The notes beneath the pieces were generated by a model. The model saw only the letters and a program-made list of their open reading frames with translations, made no database searches and had not been told where the DNA came from. Shown piece by piece: positions 10,375 through 19,719 of a stretch of DNA of 64,000 bases (positions within the stretch are counted from its first letter, which is position 1; every line of letters begins with the position of its first letter). A program made the position numbers and the translations under genes. This DNA comes from Chamaesiphon sp. (GTDB taxonomy: Bacteria > Cyanobacteriota > Cyanobacteriia > Cyanobacteriales > Chamaesiphonaceae), in contig CBDFFH010000043.1 of the NCBI GenBank assembly GCA_965246715.1, positions 96,001-160,000 on the forward strand. The letters run 5' to 3'.

Positions 10375-11154
10375 TTAAGATACCGCGACTCGATCGGCTA
10401 ATTTTACTTCAACTCGATCGCCAGGTTTGGGTGCGAGTACTTGCGTTGACAAATTGCGATCGGTAAGCATCGTGCGAAACTGTTCGACATCACCACTACC
10501 ACGCAGCAGGGACAATAATACCCCTTCAAACACGACATTTCCACCTGCTGCAGTTGGCAAGATAACCTGTGGTCGCAACCATTCTACTGCTTGGACGGCA
10601 CTTTTCAAGCCTTTGATGACTGCACCAACCAGCGGAATCTCTAAATCGGTTAGTGGTGTAATCACCACGTCCACAGGTGCGATTTCTTTGAGTGCGGCTG
10701 AATGAGACCCATGTGGCTCGTAGTAAAGTGTAACTCGATCGGTTAAATCTGTAAGTAAATAACCATTTTCAACTAAGTTTGGGCCGACGACTGAGCCAGG
10801 TAAAGCTTGAATTTTGAGACTGTCAGTTAGTGTAAAGGATTCGCCATGTGCTAAAGCCGTCACTTGCTGATAACCTAATCCCTGGACGATTTTGGCAGCA
10901 TTTGGCGATGCAACTACGGGGATTTGCTTATCGAGGCGTTCGAGTGTGGGGACATGGGCGTGATCGGGCAATCCTTGAGACAGTAAAATTAAATCGATAT
11001 CGGCAGGAATCGCTTGAGGTGTAGGATGGTCGCCTTTGAAGAACCACGGTAGATTGCCGAAAACTAACGACCCAACCAACCAAGGATCGAGCAGTACCCG
11101 CCGACCGCCCATTTCAATCAGCCAAGAATTGCTATCGAGCCAAGTTAGATACAT
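10375..11154 (-). CDS. MBL-fold metallo-hydrolase
   Basis: MYLTWLDSNSWLIE..LLDPWL and LLSQGLPDHAH metallo-beta-lactamase-like motif. Confidence 0.85.
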   Translation of the reverse strand: MYLTWLDSNSWLIEMGGRRVLLDPWLVGSLVFGNLPWFFKGDHPTPQAIPADIDLILLSQGLPDHAHVPTLERLDKQIPVVASPNAAKIVQGLGYQQVTALAHGESFTLTDSLKIQALPGSVVGPNLVENGYLLTDLTDRVTLYYEPHGSHSAALKEIAPVDVVITPLTDLEIPLVGAVIKGLKSAVQAVEWLRPQVILPTAAGGNVVFEGVLLSLLRGSGDVEQFRTMLTDRNLSTQVLAPKPGDRVEVKLADRVAVS

Positions 11155-11204
11155 TTTTACCAGCCTTAATTATCGCTAAGCCTATTATCTCGTATTTCTC
11201 TGGG

Positions 11205-12242
11205 CTACTCAATGTGATGTTTGGCGATCGCATTGGCTAACGCGATCTGAAATAATCGATCGATCGCGATGCCTGCCGATTTTGCCATGGTCGAAATTAC
11301 ACTCATTTTGGCAAACGAGCAATATAGCCCTGCTTCCAAAAACCACGGCTGTCCGTCAGGATCGATCCGAAAATCAAACAGACTATAGTGCCGACAGCCT
11401 AGTGCGATGTGACATTTTTTGGCGGCATCCCAGACTTTAGCTGTCACTGGGTCGCTAGGATCGACGATCCAAGATTTGGCATTACCTTTAGCAACCGCAG
11501 TCAGACTGCCATCTTCAGCTCGCGCCAGCTTATCGGCATAGCTCCGAATCGGTCGATCGTCTTTGTCCATCAAGTATTCTTCTAATGGCAAGCAGACTAG
11601 CTCGCCAGCTGACTCGATAATACCGCACCGGACTTCCCTACCCAGTTCGATAAATTCCTCCACCATCACTTCATCTGTATTGGCAAAAGCCGCGTGCAGA
11701 GCTGTGTCGTATTCACTTGCATTTTTAACGAAGGCTACTCCCAGCGAATTATCAGCATTTACAGGCTTGAGTACTACCGGGGGTGATATTTGGGGGTAAT
11801 TACCAGGACGAAGCAATTCGGCATAGGGCACCTTAACTCCAGCGGCGGCGACAATGGCTTTGGTATTAACTTTGTGCGCTGTCAACGCCATCAACTCGGC
11901 GGAGTTGCCGAGATAGGGAATATTTAACAAGTCAAAGAGATCGCGATAAGTTGTCATCCCAGGAATGCAAAACATTTGCGGCACCATCACATCGAGATCG
12001 AGTGTTGTCAGCACCTCGATCGCATCAGCCAAGGACATGGACATGGCAAGATCGATCGCGTCAGCATCGAGTGAGGTAGGGAATCGCCACAATCGATCGG
12101 GTGTAATATAGGCAATATGAAATTCATATAGTGCGGGGTTGGCGGTAGACTCCAGGCAATCAGTTGCATACAAGCGCGAGAGATCGCAGTAAAAATCATC
12201 GACAGCCGAACCAACTAAATGCAAAACGCGTAATCTCCCCAC
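11205..12242 (-). CDS. mysD: D-Ala-D-Ala ligase-like MAA biosynthesis enzyme
   Basis: ATP-grasp (RHYSLFDFRIDPDGQPWFLEAGLYCSF), directly downstream of mysC. Confidence 0.88.
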   Translation of the reverse strand: MGRLRVLHLVGSAVDDFYCDLSRLYATDCLESTANPALYEFHIAYITPDRLWRFPTSLDADAIDLAMSMSLADAIEVLTTLDLDVMVPQMFCIPGMTTYRDLFDLLNIPYLGNSAELMALTAHKVNTKAIVAAAGVKVPYAELLRPGNYPQISPPVVLKPVNADNSLGVAFVKNASEYDTALHAAFANTDEVMVEEFIELGREVRCGIIESAGELVCLPLEEYLMDKDDRPIRSYADKLARAEDGSLTAVAKGNAKSWIVDPSDPVTAKVWDAAKKCHIALGCRHYSLFDFRIDPDGQPWFLEAGLYCSFAKMSVISTMAKSAGIAIDRLFQIALANAIAKHHIE

Positions 12243-12244
12243 AA

Positions 12245-13612
12245 TTAATCTCCCCCTAATTCCACGAGCTTGCCGATATTAAAATCGATTCGGATCCATC
12301 CTTTTAATTGTTGTAAGTTTTTTAGTAGCAATAAGGGAATCTGCCAATGATGCACCATTAAAAATGGCAGCGGATCGAACCAGTCGAAAATTGCATCTTT
12401 ACCACTGAAGATGATTTGTAGCCGTTGCCGAGTTTGGGTTGGATTGGATAAGTGCGTCAGCAATCGCCAAATTTCATGGTAAATCCAGTAAGTTGGACGA
12501 CTCGATGCTAGTGGTTTAACGATCTCTGCTAATGGCTCACGCTCTAGATAAGCGGTGGCGACATCTGGATGATTGTAAAACATCGTAATCGCTGAGTGGG
12601 TACGGGGATTGCATTCGATCGCATAAATTCGATCGTCAGCAGTTTGAATGAAATCAAAAGAAACTTGTCCGGTTAACTTTAGTCCAGCGACAAACTTCTT
12701 CACCCAGGCTTCGATTTCAGGTTTATCTACCATCTGATAATTGATCTGAAATGCTGACGATTCGCAGCAACAATGTAGTCTCACTTCGCCATCGCGCACG
12801 GTACTGTGAGTACAGTATTCCTGTCCGGTGATAAACTCTTGCAAAATCCACGGATGGTCGATCGAAATCGGTAGTTCTGTAACGAACGCTGCTGTCTGTG
12901 CGGGTGTATCGCGGGGGAATTTAGTTAAGTCCAATCGCCGCACGGAATCGTAAGGAATACTTTTGAGAATATATTGCCGTTGCTGGGTGGCGAAATCAAA
13001 GTCCATCACTTGCAGCGGATGGGTAATGCAGTGAGAATCGGGAACGGGTAGCTCTAATGATGTTGCGAGTGTGGCAAATCGCTCTTTATCGTCTAGTTTT
13101 TGCACCATCGTCGGGTCGAGGTGCATGACGTCACAATAGGGGGCGAGTGTTGCTATTGCTACGGCATCGTAATAGCTGGCGACTGGGCTACAGACGGGGA
13201 TGTAGACATCGACTCCTTCTGTTTTGACAATTTCTAGCAATGCGTCGATGTAGCCATCGGCATCGGGCTGGGGGATGGTGTAGAAGCGATCGACTGCCCA
13301 GGAAAATCGATGTCCGGTGAGCCAATATTTATATGATTCGCATAAAATCACGCGATGTCCAGCGCGATGAAACGATCGGGTTAATTGCAGTGCTTTGGTC
13401 ATTTTGCCACCGCTAATGAGGATTGTCTTTGGGTTGGCGGTTGCGGTGCGTGACTGAACTGGTTTGAGGAGGAGTGATGTGAATAGGGCGATCGCGGTTA
13501 AGGTGAGGTTTAGGGGTAGTGCTAGTAGTAGGAGGCTAAGGGTGCCGATCGTTTTTAGAGATGTTTGGAGTCGATTGGGTGGTGGTGATGCGATCGGTAG
13601 TTCTTGGGTCAT
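12245..13612 (-). CDS. mysC: ATP-grasp ligase (mycosporine-glycine synthetase)
   Basis: ILISGGKMTKALQL, IECNPRTHSAITMFY and IDFNIGKLVELGGD signatures. Confidence 0.92.
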   Translation of the reverse strand: MTQELPIASPPPNRLQTSLKTIGTLSLLLLALPLNLTLTAIALFTSLLLKPVQSRTATANPKTILISGGKMTKALQLTRSFHRAGHRVILCESYKYWLTGHRFSWAVDRFYTIPQPDADGYIDALLEIVKTEGVDVYIPVCSPVASYYDAVAIATLAPYCDVMHLDPTMVQKLDDKERFATLATSLELPVPDSHCITHPLQVMDFDFATQQRQYILKSIPYDSVRRLDLTKFPRDTPAQTAAFVTELPISIDHPWILQEFITGQEYCTHSTVRDGEVRLHCCCESSAFQINYQMVDKPEIEAWVKKFVAGLKLTGQVSFDFIQTADDRIYAIECNPRTHSAITMFYNHPDVATAYLEREPLAEIVKPLASSRPTYWIYHEIWRLLTHLSNPTQTRQRLQIIFSGKDAIFDWFDPLPFLMVHHWQIPLLLLKNLQQLKGWIRIDFNIGKLVELGGD

Positions 13613-13891
13613 GCCTTTCTACTGACGGATTTGGATGGGAACTAGTGCTTTTATTTGGGCTGCTGGTGGGTGGAACCCGGATCTGGGGGTCGGAACCCCC
13701 AGACCCCCCGTTGAGGAGCGGAACGCCGCCCCTCAAACTCCCCTGCGTAAGGTTCGACTTGTGTGTGGCGAGGCGCGCTTCGCATTAGTGCGTTCTGTCG
13801 GTTACTTTATGATGAGGGAGGTGGGGAATCTAGAAGTTCTTCTTTTTTAGATATATCTATATCTATCTACCCACAAATTTAAATCGACAAT

Positions 13892-13999
13892 TAAGTAGGT
13901 GGGCGTAACTAAATATAGAATATCATGTAGGGTGGGCACTGCCCACCATCTGGGTTTCAAGCATTATCTATTTAACAAATAGTCGTACCTACCTACTTA
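13892..13999. mobile_element. MITE-like element (family D) with an internal GTAG-type REP hairpin
   Basis: Terminal inverted taagtaggtgggcg / cgtacctacctactta; internal gtagggtgggcactgcccacc. Confidence 0.6.
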
Positions 14000-14038
14000 C
14001 GTCAGCGATTGGAACCTAAGTTGGCGCAGCCTTTCTGC

Positions 14039-14854
14039 CTAAACTCGGCGGATCAGTGTCAGCCCATCCCGTAAGGGCAGTAACACTTGTTCGATCCGTG
14101 GATCGTCGATGACGGCTTGATTGAAAGCGGCGATCGCTAATCCGTTCGCGGTTGATTCTGCTTGTAAATACGGCTGTCCCTGCATCAAGGTATTATCGAC
14201 ACAGATCGCTCCGTGCGGGGCGAGGAGGGTGCTATCGAGTAATAAATTTAAATAGTCGATATATCCACCCTTATCGGCATCGATAAAGACCAGATCGAAC
14301 GTTATGCCAACAGCAGCTAACTTTTTGAGTGTCTCCATTGCTGGAGCTACCTCGATCGAGATTTTGTGTCCGTGGGGTGACTCCTTAAAGCATTGCCGGG
14401 CAAATTCGGCCGCAAAATGATCTACTTCACAAGCGACTACTTTACCGTCTTCGGGCAAGGCTTCAGCCATGGATAAGGCAGAGTAACCCGTAAATACGCC
14501 GATTTCTAGTACCCGTTTAGCGCGAGCTAAATGAATGAGAAATTTCAGCATTTGACCTTCGACGTGTCCTGAGAGCATTTCCTGCTCTAACTGGCGGACA
14601 GTCTCACCATTTGTCGATCGCAATGACCAATCTTCGGATTGAGTCCGATCGACTAGATCGGCTAATGCTGGCGACTCTGGAGTCGTACAGTGACTGATGT
14701 AAGGATCTAATCCGCTAGCAAGTTCGCAAGCTTGGCGCAATTCTGACTTGAGAGCTGGATCGATACCTTCGAGAGCGCCGATTTGTTCGGTGAGATATTC
14801 GAGTTTAGTGGCGAGAATACCTAGCGGTGTTACGGCTCTGGGGGCTACTTTCAT
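14039..14854 (-). CDS. mysB: SAM-dependent O-methyltransferase (4-deoxygadusol synthesis)
   Basis: [29 protein letters not shown]. Its ATG overlaps the mysA stop (ATGA, 14851-14854). Confidence 0.92.
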   Translation of the reverse strand: MKVAPRAVTPLGILATKLEYLTEQIGALEGIDPALKSELRQACELASGLDPYISHCTTPESPALADLVDRTQSEDWSLRSTNGETVRQLEQEMLSGHVEGQMLKFLIHLARAKRVLEIGVFTGYSALSMAEALPEDGKVVACEVDHFAAEFARQCFKESPHGHKISIEVAPAMETLKKLAAVGITFDLVFIDADKGGYIDYLNLLLDSTLLAPHGAICVDNTLMQGQPYLQAESTANGLAIAAFNQAVIDDPRIEQVLLPLRDGLTLIRRV

Positions 14855-16095
14855 GCTGGTATCCCTGCTGACATCGAGAGTTTGGCCGATCGAGCGGAAA
14901 TATACATATCGACACCATCGCCGCCGCGTGGATAGGTGCGGCATAGTTCCTTGTGGATGGCTAAGTCGCGGGAGAGATCGGCTTCAGTCAGATCGTTAAG
15001 GAAGGTGCAACTCCCGATCGGATGTGGGACGGCGGCGCGGACTAAACCATCGCGGGTTCGGCTAATCGATTCGGTGGCTTTCCACAATAGTTCGGGAGTG
15101 AGATAGGGACTATCGATCGCCAGTCCGATCCGGCTCATCAAGCTTAAAATGCGATCGCGATCGATGACGGAAATGTAGCCACGTTGTTGCGCGATCGTGG
15201 CTGAGAAGGCCATGTCGATATTTACACCATGACCGTGGAACATCGGAATCTCTGGAGTTAGCTCTAGCGTAGGACTCCAGGTGTGACCGTAAGCGATAAC
15301 GCGATCGAGGTCGAGTTCGTGGAGGTTGGGCACTTCTAGCTCCAACATCGTATTAATCGCGTTATAAGTGACTTTGTGGGCGATCGCTCTAAGTTCTGGC
15401 GTGCCGTTCAGATAGCCGAATCTGCTGTGCAACAATTCTTCGCCATGCTTTTCTAGCAGCTCAAAAATTTCCCGATTGGCAACGACAGCGATCTTGATTA
15501 ACTCTGCCATCCCGTTGCGGATTTGATCTTCGGGCAGCGTTTTCAAGAACGAGAAGTCTAAAATCACTTTTTGCGAAGCGTGGTAAGCACCTAATCGATT
15601 TTTTAACTTACCATGATTGACCGCGACTTTGATCGCGACACTGGCATCGATTAAGCCGATTAGGGTGGTGGGGATGCGGATATAGTTGGTGCGACGACGG
15701 TAAGTAGCACAAGCAAATCCAGCAACATCGGTTGTCAGACCGCCACCTACGACCAAGACTGGTTCTTTGCGTACTAGTCCAAAATCAGCAAAGGCATCGA
15801 CGATCTGCTCGAAGGTTTGTAGCGTCTTATCTGTCTCCTCAATTCGGATTTGGAAGACGGTGAGGTCGATTTCATAATGCTCGAAATAAGCTTTAATCCG
15901 ATCGCCATATAAACCATAAATTGTTTTATCTACGATCGTCAAACATCGTCCAAACTGACGATAGCTCTCGGCGATCTCCGAATTATCTATATCAAACGCA
16001 CCATCGACATAAAGCAAGCTAAAATCAATTTTTTCGTATCCTTCAATATGAAAAGCCTTTTCTGTCGCCTTGAAAGTTGCTTGGATGGTACCCAT
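14851..16095 (-). CDS. mysA: Sedoheptulose-7-phosphate cyclase (desmethyl-4-deoxygadusol synthase)
   Basis: [58 protein letters not shown]. Confidence 0.93.
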   Translation of the reverse strand: MGTIQATFKATEKAFHIEGYEKIDFSLLYVDGAFDIDNSEIAESYRQFGRCLTIVDKTIYGLYGDRIKAYFEHYEIDLTVFQIRIEETDKTLQTFEQIVDAFADFGLVRKEPVLVVGGGLTTDVAGFACATYRRRTNYIRIPTTLIGLIDASVAIKVAVNHGKLKNRLGAYHASQKVILDFSFLKTLPEDQIRNGMAELIKIAVVANREIFELLEKHGEELLHSRFGYLNGTPELRAIAHKVTYNAINTMLELEVPNLHELDLDRVIAYGHTWSPTLELTPEIPMFHGHGVNIDMAFSATIAQQRGYISVIDRDRILSLMSRIGLAIDSPYLTPELLWKATESISRTRDGLVRAAVPHPIGSCTFLNDLTEADLSRDLAIHKELCRTYPRGGDGVDMYISARSAKLSMSAGIPA

Positions 16096-16637
16096 GAAGT
16101 CTTTCCGCTCAGTTTATACACATAACTTAACGCATATTTTTCAGGTTAACAAATAATTTACCACTAGTTAGCTAGTGAGGTAAATATTGAAATTCAACAT
16201 CTATCGATCGATAGATGCACACGATCGAACTATATCGGTAGCTAGCTTTGAAGGCGATCTCACTTATCGATCGATACTGTTGACATCCGATCGCAACTGT
16301 TTTGGATTCAGTGATAATTACCACACGATCGACTTGCTTTGAGTAGAGTGTGTAAATATTGTCACGTTTTAATCTATTGTAAAGCTGACCTTAACTGAGT
16401 GACCGACAGTGATTTTCAAATAAATCATTCACATGCTGTAAAGCTTGAAGAATTTTTTAGATAATTCGAACAATTCAAACACGATCTACAACATGCAGCT
16501 GTCAAAGTTGCTAACAGGTCAAGAAAATTAATTTATGATTTCGACTAGTAATTAAGAGCATTTCGGGCATTTATTGCTGCGTGAATTGTCGATCGTTGCC
16601 TGTTGAGGCACAAAAAACTAGCTAAAAGGCGAAATTA

Positions 16638-17324
16638 ATGGACGTACAGATGTCTGGGACTCATCAAGCTACTTCTGATGCGATCTTTGGGCACCCGATC
16701 TCGCGCAATCTTCAGTGGCATGATATCCGATCGATGCTGGAGTCGATCGCCCAAGTATCGGAAGAACATAATGGTAATGTCCGCTTTATGCGGCACGGTC
16801 AGACACTGACGATTCACCCGCCTAAACACAAAGATTTAGCCGATACTCAGGAACTGATGAAAATTCGGCACTTCCTCGAGCGATCTGCCTTACCCGAAGC
16901 CGCAAATGTTGCAGATAGCGGACATCGGTTGGTCGTCATCGACCATCGCGAAGCGCGGGTTTACCAGACCGAACTGCGCGGTGCGGTACCTGAGCGGATC
17001 GCGCCTTACGATCCAGATGGTTTGCACCAGCACATCCACTATGTAGAAGATGAAAGTAACAAAGGTAAACGGCTACCCGAACTCAAATCTTTCTATGAGG
17101 CCGTGGCGCAGTCGCTCGTAGGTGCGGAGCAGATCTTGATTTTTGGTAGCTCGACCGGATCGAGTAGCGCGATGGAACATCTACTCGCCGACCTCCAAAA
17201 ACATCACTCAAACCTAGCTAAGCGCGTCATCGGTACGCTGAAGATCGATGAAAAACACCTGACTGACGACCAGTTATTAGCTAAGGCGCGGGAGTTCTAT
17301 CTGAAAGCAAATGCTGGCGGTTAA
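16638..17324 (+). CDS. Hypothetical protein: HicA-like N-terminus plus eRF1/host-attachment-like C-terminal domain
   Basis: The N-terminal IFGHPISRNLQWHDI..TIHPPKHK resembles HicA-like folds. The C-terminal VVIDHREARVY..FYEAVAQSL..ILIFG resembles eRF1 domain-2-like proteins. Confidence 0.55.
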   Translation: MDVQMSGTHQATSDAIFGHPISRNLQWHDIRSMLESIAQVSEEHNGNVRFMRHGQTLTIHPPKHKDLADTQELMKIRHFLERSALPEAANVADSGHRLVVIDHREARVYQTELRGAVPERIAPYDPDGLHQHIHYVEDESNKGKRLPELKSFYEAVAQSLVGAEQILIFGSSTGSSSAMEHLLADLQKHHSNLAKRVIGTLKIDEKHLTDDQLLAKAREFYLKANAGG

Positions 17325-17462
17325 AACCACCGTTATCTACACGCTACTGGCGGTTAAAGCCACCTCAGTGGAATAAATGCACCAACCGGTTGCGCTCGAT
17401 CGCATCCAGCCGAACTCATTACCGTTGTCGCCAAGATCGCTTTCTAAGTATTCAGGAGAAAT

Positions 17463-18485
17463 ATGTCTGAATCGACGAACCGACAAATCCTACTCAAAAG
17501 TTACCCGAGCGGGGCACCGACTGCCAGCAACTTTACACTGGTCGAGACAGCTATTCCCGAGCCAGGAGCGGGAGCAACGCTCAACCGCACGATCTACTTG
17601 TCGCTAGACCCTTACATGCGCGGACGGATGAGCCAACAGGCATCTTATGCGGCTCCGGCAGAATTGGGACGAGTGATGATGGGCAGCACTGTCAGCCAGA
17701 TTGTCACCTCCAATCACCCGGACTTCGCTGCTGGAGATTTTGTGGTGGGGTATGACGGTTGGCAGGAATATGCGATCGCTAAAGGCGAAACGTTACGTAA
17801 GCTCGATCCAGCACAGCTACCGATTTCCACTGCATTAGGACTCACTGGGGCACCAGGGATGACCGCATATTTCGCGCTGCAAGAGATCGGCAAACTCAAG
17901 GTAGGCGAGACGGTGGTAGTCTCGGCTGCTGCTGGGGCTGTTGGTGCGATCGTCGGTCAACTCGCCAAACTTCATGGCTGTCGGGCGGTGGGCATCGCTG
18001 GCGGTGCGGAGAAGTGCGCTTATGTAGTGGATGAATTGGGCTTTGATGCTTGTATCGATCGCAAGACTCAAGATCTCAGTTCGGCATTGTCAGCCGCTTG
18101 TCCCGATGGGATCGACGTATATGTAGACCATACAGCGGGGCCGATTCTCGAAGCTGTATTACAACACATCAATCTGGGAGCCAGAATCCCGTTAGTGGGT
18201 TTAATCTCCCAGTACAATGCCGAAACGCTCCCGCCAGGGCCAAATTTGATGCCGCTACTGGTCAAACGGGCCTTAATTCAGGGGTTTCTGGTCAGCGATT
18301 ATTTGGGACGGCAATCAGAGTTTATCGCGGCGATGTCGCCGTGGCTACAAGCTGGCAAGCTCAAGTACAAGGAGGATATCGTTGCCGGGCTAGAAAATGC
18401 ACCTCAGGCGTTTCTCGGTCTGTTTCAAGGTCATAACTTCGGCAAGTTAATCGTGCGGGTTGGTGATGACCCGACGCGACAATAG
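17463..18485 (+). CDS. NADP-dependent oxidoreductase (CurA/prostaglandin reductase-like MDR)
   Basis: YLSLDPYMRGRM, VVVSAAAGAVG, GLENAPQAFLGLFQGHNFGKL. Confidence 0.92.
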   Translation: MSESTNRQILLKSYPSGAPTASNFTLVETAIPEPGAGATLNRTIYLSLDPYMRGRMSQQASYAAPAELGRVMMGSTVSQIVTSNHPDFAAGDFVVGYDGWQEYAIAKGETLRKLDPAQLPISTALGLTGAPGMTAYFALQEIGKLKVGETVVVSAAAGAVGAIVGQLAKLHGCRAVGIAGGAEKCAYVVDELGFDACIDRKTQDLSSALSAACPDGIDVYVDHTAGPILEAVLQHINLGARIPLVGLISQYNAETLPPGPNLMPLLVKRALIQGFLVSDYLGRQSEFIAAMSPWLQAGKLKYKEDIVAGLENAPQAFLGLFQGHNFGKLIVRVGDDPTRQ

Positions 18486-18520
18486 TTCGACTCAATAACT
18501 TTACTTTAGGAATAACAATC

Positions 18521-18949
18521 ATGAATGACATCGTAGATACACTCATTAATGACGGTCGGTTTGTAACTTTGGTTGATGCGATCGAGCGGGCGAGTTTGGC
18601 GCAGGGCTTGATGGAGCCGGGTACGGTCACGATCTTTGCCCCGACTGATGAAGCATTTTCTAAGTTGCCTTCGGGGATGATGGGATTTTTGCTCGACAAT
18701 CCGCCAGAGCTGGAAAAGCTGTTGTCATATCATGTGATTGCGCAGCGGATTCTTTCGAGCGATCTGAGCGCGGTGAGTTCGACTCCGACTGTTGAGGGTT
18801 CGATGTTGACGATCGATAATACTCAAGGTGCGAAAGTGAATGATGCCAAGATCCTCCAAGCCGATCTCGAAGCAAGTAATGGCGTGATTCACGCGATCGA
18901 TACCGTATTGATTCCCCAATCAGTGAGCGATATGTCGATGGCTGGTTAA
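18521..18949 (+). CDS. Fasciclin (FAS1) domain protein
   Basis: TIFAPTDEAF (H1) and ASNGVIHAIDTVL (H2) motifs. Confidence 0.92.
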   Translation: MNDIVDTLINDGRFVTLVDAIERASLAQGLMEPGTVTIFAPTDEAFSKLPSGMMGFLLDNPPELEKLLSYHVIAQRILSSDLSAVSSTPTVEGSMLTIDNTQGAKVNDAKILQADLEASNGVIHAIDTVLIPQSVSDMSMAG

Positions 18950-19023
18950 GCGGCGAGGGCAGAATGTCGAGCGTGGGGTACCCTTGTGCAGCGTAGGGGT
19001 GCTCCTTATTCGCTGAAGTCGCG

Positions 19024-19061
19024 ATCGAGAGATATTTGGGCGATCGAATATCTCTCGATCG
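19024..19061. terminator. Stem-loop downstream of the fasciclin gene
   Basis: gatcgagagatatt...aatatctctcgatc inverted repeat. Confidence 0.45.
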
Positions 19062-19152
19062 ATTTAAATTACAGTATTAATTTGATGGATATCTTCAAGT
19101 TGTAATTGCGATCCAACCTCACAAAAACTGACATTAAAAATTCAATAAATTA

Positions 19153-19351
19153 ACCTAAGTTGCTACCTAATAGAACGCCTACGATTGTGTCTTGAAAAGG
19201 TGCTCTACTTGGGGAAACCCCAAGACCTAATGGTCGGCTAGCCGACCAAATGCACTTTTCGCTTCGCGGACTAGTTTATTAGTCCGCGAAGCGAAAAGTG
19301 CATTCCGAAGAGCGGTTTCTAACCGCTTAGGTTATGGGTAGCAACTTGGGT
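19153..19351. mobile_element. MITE family C
   Basis: TIRs acctaagttgctacc / ggtagcaacttgggt; 7-bp TSD taaatta (19146-19152, 19352-19358); long internal palindrome. Confidence 0.8.
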
Positions 19352-19398
19352 TAAATTAGAATTAGTTGGGTACTGAAACATAATTTTATCTTCTTAAA

Positions 19399-19479
19399 AC
19401 CCCAGTTGGATAAGTAGTGCCAACTTCAAAAATTGTACTTTGTACTTCTGAACGCTCGATTCTTATCCCGAACTGACGT
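19399..19479. mobile_element. Degenerate MITE family A copy
   Basis: Right end cttatcccgaactgacgt is intact; left end accccagttggataag is degenerate. Confidence 0.5.
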
Positions 19480-19719
19480 TATTTATTATTGAGATGTATT
19501 CATAGAAAATGAAGATTTAAGGTTGATAACCCTCGACTGGAGAAATTAGCTTTAAACTGGCAGGTAAAAGCTGAATATTTGGAAATGGTAATTTCGGGGA
19601 TCTTCTGAACCAGAGCAGCCTCTCCTCACCGCGATCGCGCGTTTAATTTTTTAACAATACCGATCGGAACTGGGACACAATCATCGATCCAGTTATTAGC
19701 AATCGCGGAGGCGATATCA

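Noticed and set aside
19150..19480. Clustered palindromes as a possible CRISPR array
   Set aside because: There are no regularly spaced direct repeats with unique spacers and no cas genes; MITEs with TIRs and TSDs explain the region.
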